In this document: positions 9,154 to 10,857 of the stretch, piece after piece | Layout of the letters: every line of letters starts with the position of its first letter | How positions within the stretch are numbered: position 1 is the first letter of the stretch | Assembly (NCBI GenBank): GCA_044342325.1 | Contig: JBIIPZ010000065.1 | Span: 1-10,857, forward strand | DNA: 10,857 nucleotides | Direction of reading: 5' to 3' | Source: Terrimicrobiaceae bacterium | GTDB lineage: Bacteria > Verrucomicrobiota > Verrucomicrobiia > Chthoniobacterales > Terrimicrobiaceae | Made by a program: the position numbers and the translations under genes | The notes under the pieces: model-generated | The model's input: the letters and a program-made list of their open reading frames with translations, nothing else | Told to the model about the DNA's origin: nothing | Database searches by the model: none

Positions 9154-10673
9154 CGATGGGTTTTAATATAGCGCTCAAGGTGGACATCGAAACCTCCCAG
9201 ATCGATGCGTTGTCTCACATCGAGCTTGAGGCGCGGGTCTGAAGGCCGGATTGAAAGAGGGTTTGCAAATACCAAAACGCCTCCGGGTTTCAGGACGGTA
9301 GCGGCAGTTTGAAAAAGATCGCCGATCAAACCCGCAAGGTTGGGAATTGGAACCCGGCGGCCCATCGGAGGGTTGGTGATGATCTGGCTTATCGAATGTG
9401 GTGCAACGCCTGCATTCCGGAAGTCTCCATGAAAAAAATCCGCCTCCATGCGAAGGCCGGATGCGGCAAGGTTGGATTTTGAGATATCAATCGCCTCGGC
9501 GCTTTGATCCGAACCGAAGAGCTTTACCACCCCGCCAAGGAGTCCGCGTTCGATTAACTCCAATCCGGATCCGCAAAACGGATCCCAAACAACATCCCTG
9601 CCCGAATCCTCCGCAAGGCGAGCCATGCAAGCCGCGAGCGGGGGATGTGAGGCGGCTGGAACATCAAGTCTGCGGTAGGAAAAGCGGGGGTCCGGTGAAA
9701 GGCGGGGACGCAGTTCAACCGAGAATTGCCTGCCATAAGGGTAAACCTCAACCGCCCAGGGAGCGCTGCGAGCATCGTTCAGAATATCCGGGCATAAAGC
9801 GTAAGCTCGATTGGCGATATCGCGAACGAGTCCGCGTTGGTGGCCGAGGGAGGGGAATTCCAGTCGGTAGCGAATGGCGCCCTGAGTGAGTTTTTTGAAA
9901 AGACTACGAACCGGGGAGGCTGTAATGAGTGCGGCGATTTCCGGCGCATCAGGATTGGTGATCGTTCCCAGAACGAACGCGAGGGTTCCGAAGCAACGGA
10001 GGTATAGAAGATCGGAAAGGCTGAAATCGGACTGAGGCGCAATCTCGACCAGTCCGGGCCGTGAGTTTTTGAACTCAAAAAGTCGCCGTGCTTGCGGTGA
10101 AGCCTCGATTTCTTGTCGGACGAAACCTTCGAGTCCCCGTCGGCAGCGCAGGTGGATCTGAAGACCCGGAAAAAAATCAACGGCTTCGTTCAATCGAATC
10201 TTGGATGGTGACTCCTCTCGCGCGACGCTGGCTTTGACTTTGAGTGCGGTTTGAACGGGGAGTTCCTCGGCGACTTCAAGTGTGGCTTTGCCGCCGATTT
10301 TATCGAGCGCGCGGGCGAGGTATTTCTTTTCCCGTTCGGGGGGATTGGCTTTTTGGAGGAGTTCGATCAGTGCCTCCTCGTCTGCGAAGCCCGCTCCGAT
10401 CTTCGGCAGGGCAGCCATAGCATATCGGCGGATTTTTTCGTCTGAATCCTTGAGAAGCGAGCGAAGCCAAGCGGCGACTTCATGCTTTTGCGAATGCGGG
10501 CCACTCTCCGAGAAGACAACTCCCACGGCCCGGACCAGTCCCGCATTTCTGGATTTTAAGGCGGGGTCTTCTTTATTGAATGCTGGCACATGTTCCATCC
10601 AAAGCTGCTCCCACTTGAGGCATCGGAGCCGCTTGTAGAGATCTTTAGCGGCGTTTTCTTTGAGGGTCTTCAT
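9150..10673 (-). CDS. HEAT-repeat plus THUMP-like plus class I SAM-dependent methyltransferase (RlmL/Trm14/UPF0020-like putative RNA amino-methyltransferase, 507 aa)
   Basis: N-terminal HEAT-like repeats (LRSLLKDSDEKIRRYAMAALPKIG; REKKYLARALDKIGG), CRRGLEGFVRQEI resembling the start of RlmL-type N-terminal domains, motif I VVWDPFCGSG (DPFCGSG at 9564-9584), motif IV ITNPPMG (NPPMG at 9360-9374) and LKPGGVLVF. Confidence 0.82.
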   Translation of the reverse strand: MKTLKENAAKDLYKRLRCLKWEQLWMEHVPAFNKEDPALKSRNAGLVRAVGVVFSESGPHSQKHEVAAWLRSLLKDSDEKIRRYAMAALPKIGAGFADEEALIELLQKANPPEREKKYLARALDKIGGKATLEVAEELPVQTALKVKASVAREESPSKIRLNEAVDFFPGLQIHLRCRRGLEGFVRQEIEASPQARRLFEFKNSRPGLVEIAPQSDFSLSDLLYLRCFGTLAFVLGTITNPDAPEIAALITASPVRSLFKKLTQGAIRYRLEFPSLGHQRGLVRDIANRAYALCPDILNDARSAPWAVEVYPYGRQFSVELRPRLSPDPRFSYRRLDVPAASHPPLAACMARLAEDSGRDVVWDPFCGSGLELIERGLLGGVVKLFGSDQSAEAIDISKSNLAASGLRMEADFFHGDFRNAGVAPHSISQIITNPPMGRRVPIPNLAGLIGDLFQTAATVLKPGGVLVFANPLSIRPSDPRLKLDVRQRIDLGGFDVHLERYIKTHR

Positions 10674-10857
10674 GGGGTGCTGTCTTCAGGCTTTTTCGCA
10701 CCACCAAACACAGGTATGCGCGGAATGATTTTGGGAGACCAACCAGGGTTCGAGAAAGTGCCGTCCGAGTGGTATTCGAAAAGTTTACTCACGGGAAAGA
10801 AGACGATTCCAGGAACTCCCTGGGCATTGAGTCTCATGTCCATGTCGAGTTTGCCCG
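10670..10857 (-). CDS. C-terminal 61 aa of an upstream gene, probably an AsmA-like C-terminal region protein (5' part outside the window)
   Basis: Open frame from the window edge: GKLDMDMRLNAQGVPGIVFFPVSKLFEYHSDGTFSNPGWSPKIIPRIPVFGGAKKPEDSTP*. Its TGA overlaps the ATG of the next gene (ATGA). The ending FEY..GT.SNP.W resembles the last strands of AsmA-like proteins. The coding status is well supported but the product call is tentative. Confidence 0.65.
   Translation of the reverse strand, partial: GKLDMDMRLNAQGVPGIVFFPVSKLFEYHSDGTFSNPGWSPKIIPRIPVFGGAKKPEDSTP

Noticed and set aside
9567..9585. Perfect hairpin GGATCCG-CAAAA-CGGATCC inside the methyltransferase gene
   Set aside because: It coincides with the codons for the constrained DPFCGS motif, is a single instance and has no U-tract. 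It is most likely incidental.
7887..10178. A7 homopolymer runs in the helicase and methyltransferase genes (near 7887, 9432 and 10170) as phase-variation or frameshift sites
   Set aside because: The reading frames are intact through them, the runs are short, and similar runs occur elsewhere in the window.
5215..10638. Short nested ORFs within the amidotransferase, helicase, DUF362 and methyltransferase genes (e.g. 8071..8691, 9398..9889)
   Set aside because: They are antisense or off-frame shadows with no supporting motifs.
5696..10673. Helicase plus methyltransferase as an anti-phage or restriction-modification system (DISARM/BREX-like)
   Set aside because: The methyltransferase looks THUMP/RNA-type rather than DNA-type, no nuclease or other defence component is visible, and the context is housekeeping with no mobility signs.

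Overview
This is a gene-dense bacterial chromosomal window with no mobile element, CRISPR array or RNA gene. The protein signatures and lack of Shine-Dalgarno sites suggest Verrucomicrobiota, which is my inference. On the minus strand at left, a pyruvate dehydrogenase cluster pdhA-pdhB-pdhC (no E3 gene) is followed 75 bp later by the F1 ATP synthase beta subunit atpD. atpD is absent from the supplied ORF track because it runs off the window edge, and no atpA/atpG lies upstream of it. In the centre is a divergently transcribed stand-alone class I glutamine amidotransferase on the + strand. On the minus strand at right is a tightly coupled run of four genes: the C-terminus of a probable AsmA-like protein (also missing from the ORF track), a HEAT-repeat/THUMP-like SAM-dependent methyltransferase with an NPPM motif, a signal-peptide-bearing DUF362 protein with apparently degenerate conserved residues, and a Ski2/HelY-like helicase with DEYQ/SGS motifs. 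Most of the window is housekeeping. The least explained parts are that four-gene unit, the position of atpD, and two intergenic spacers that share one architecture.
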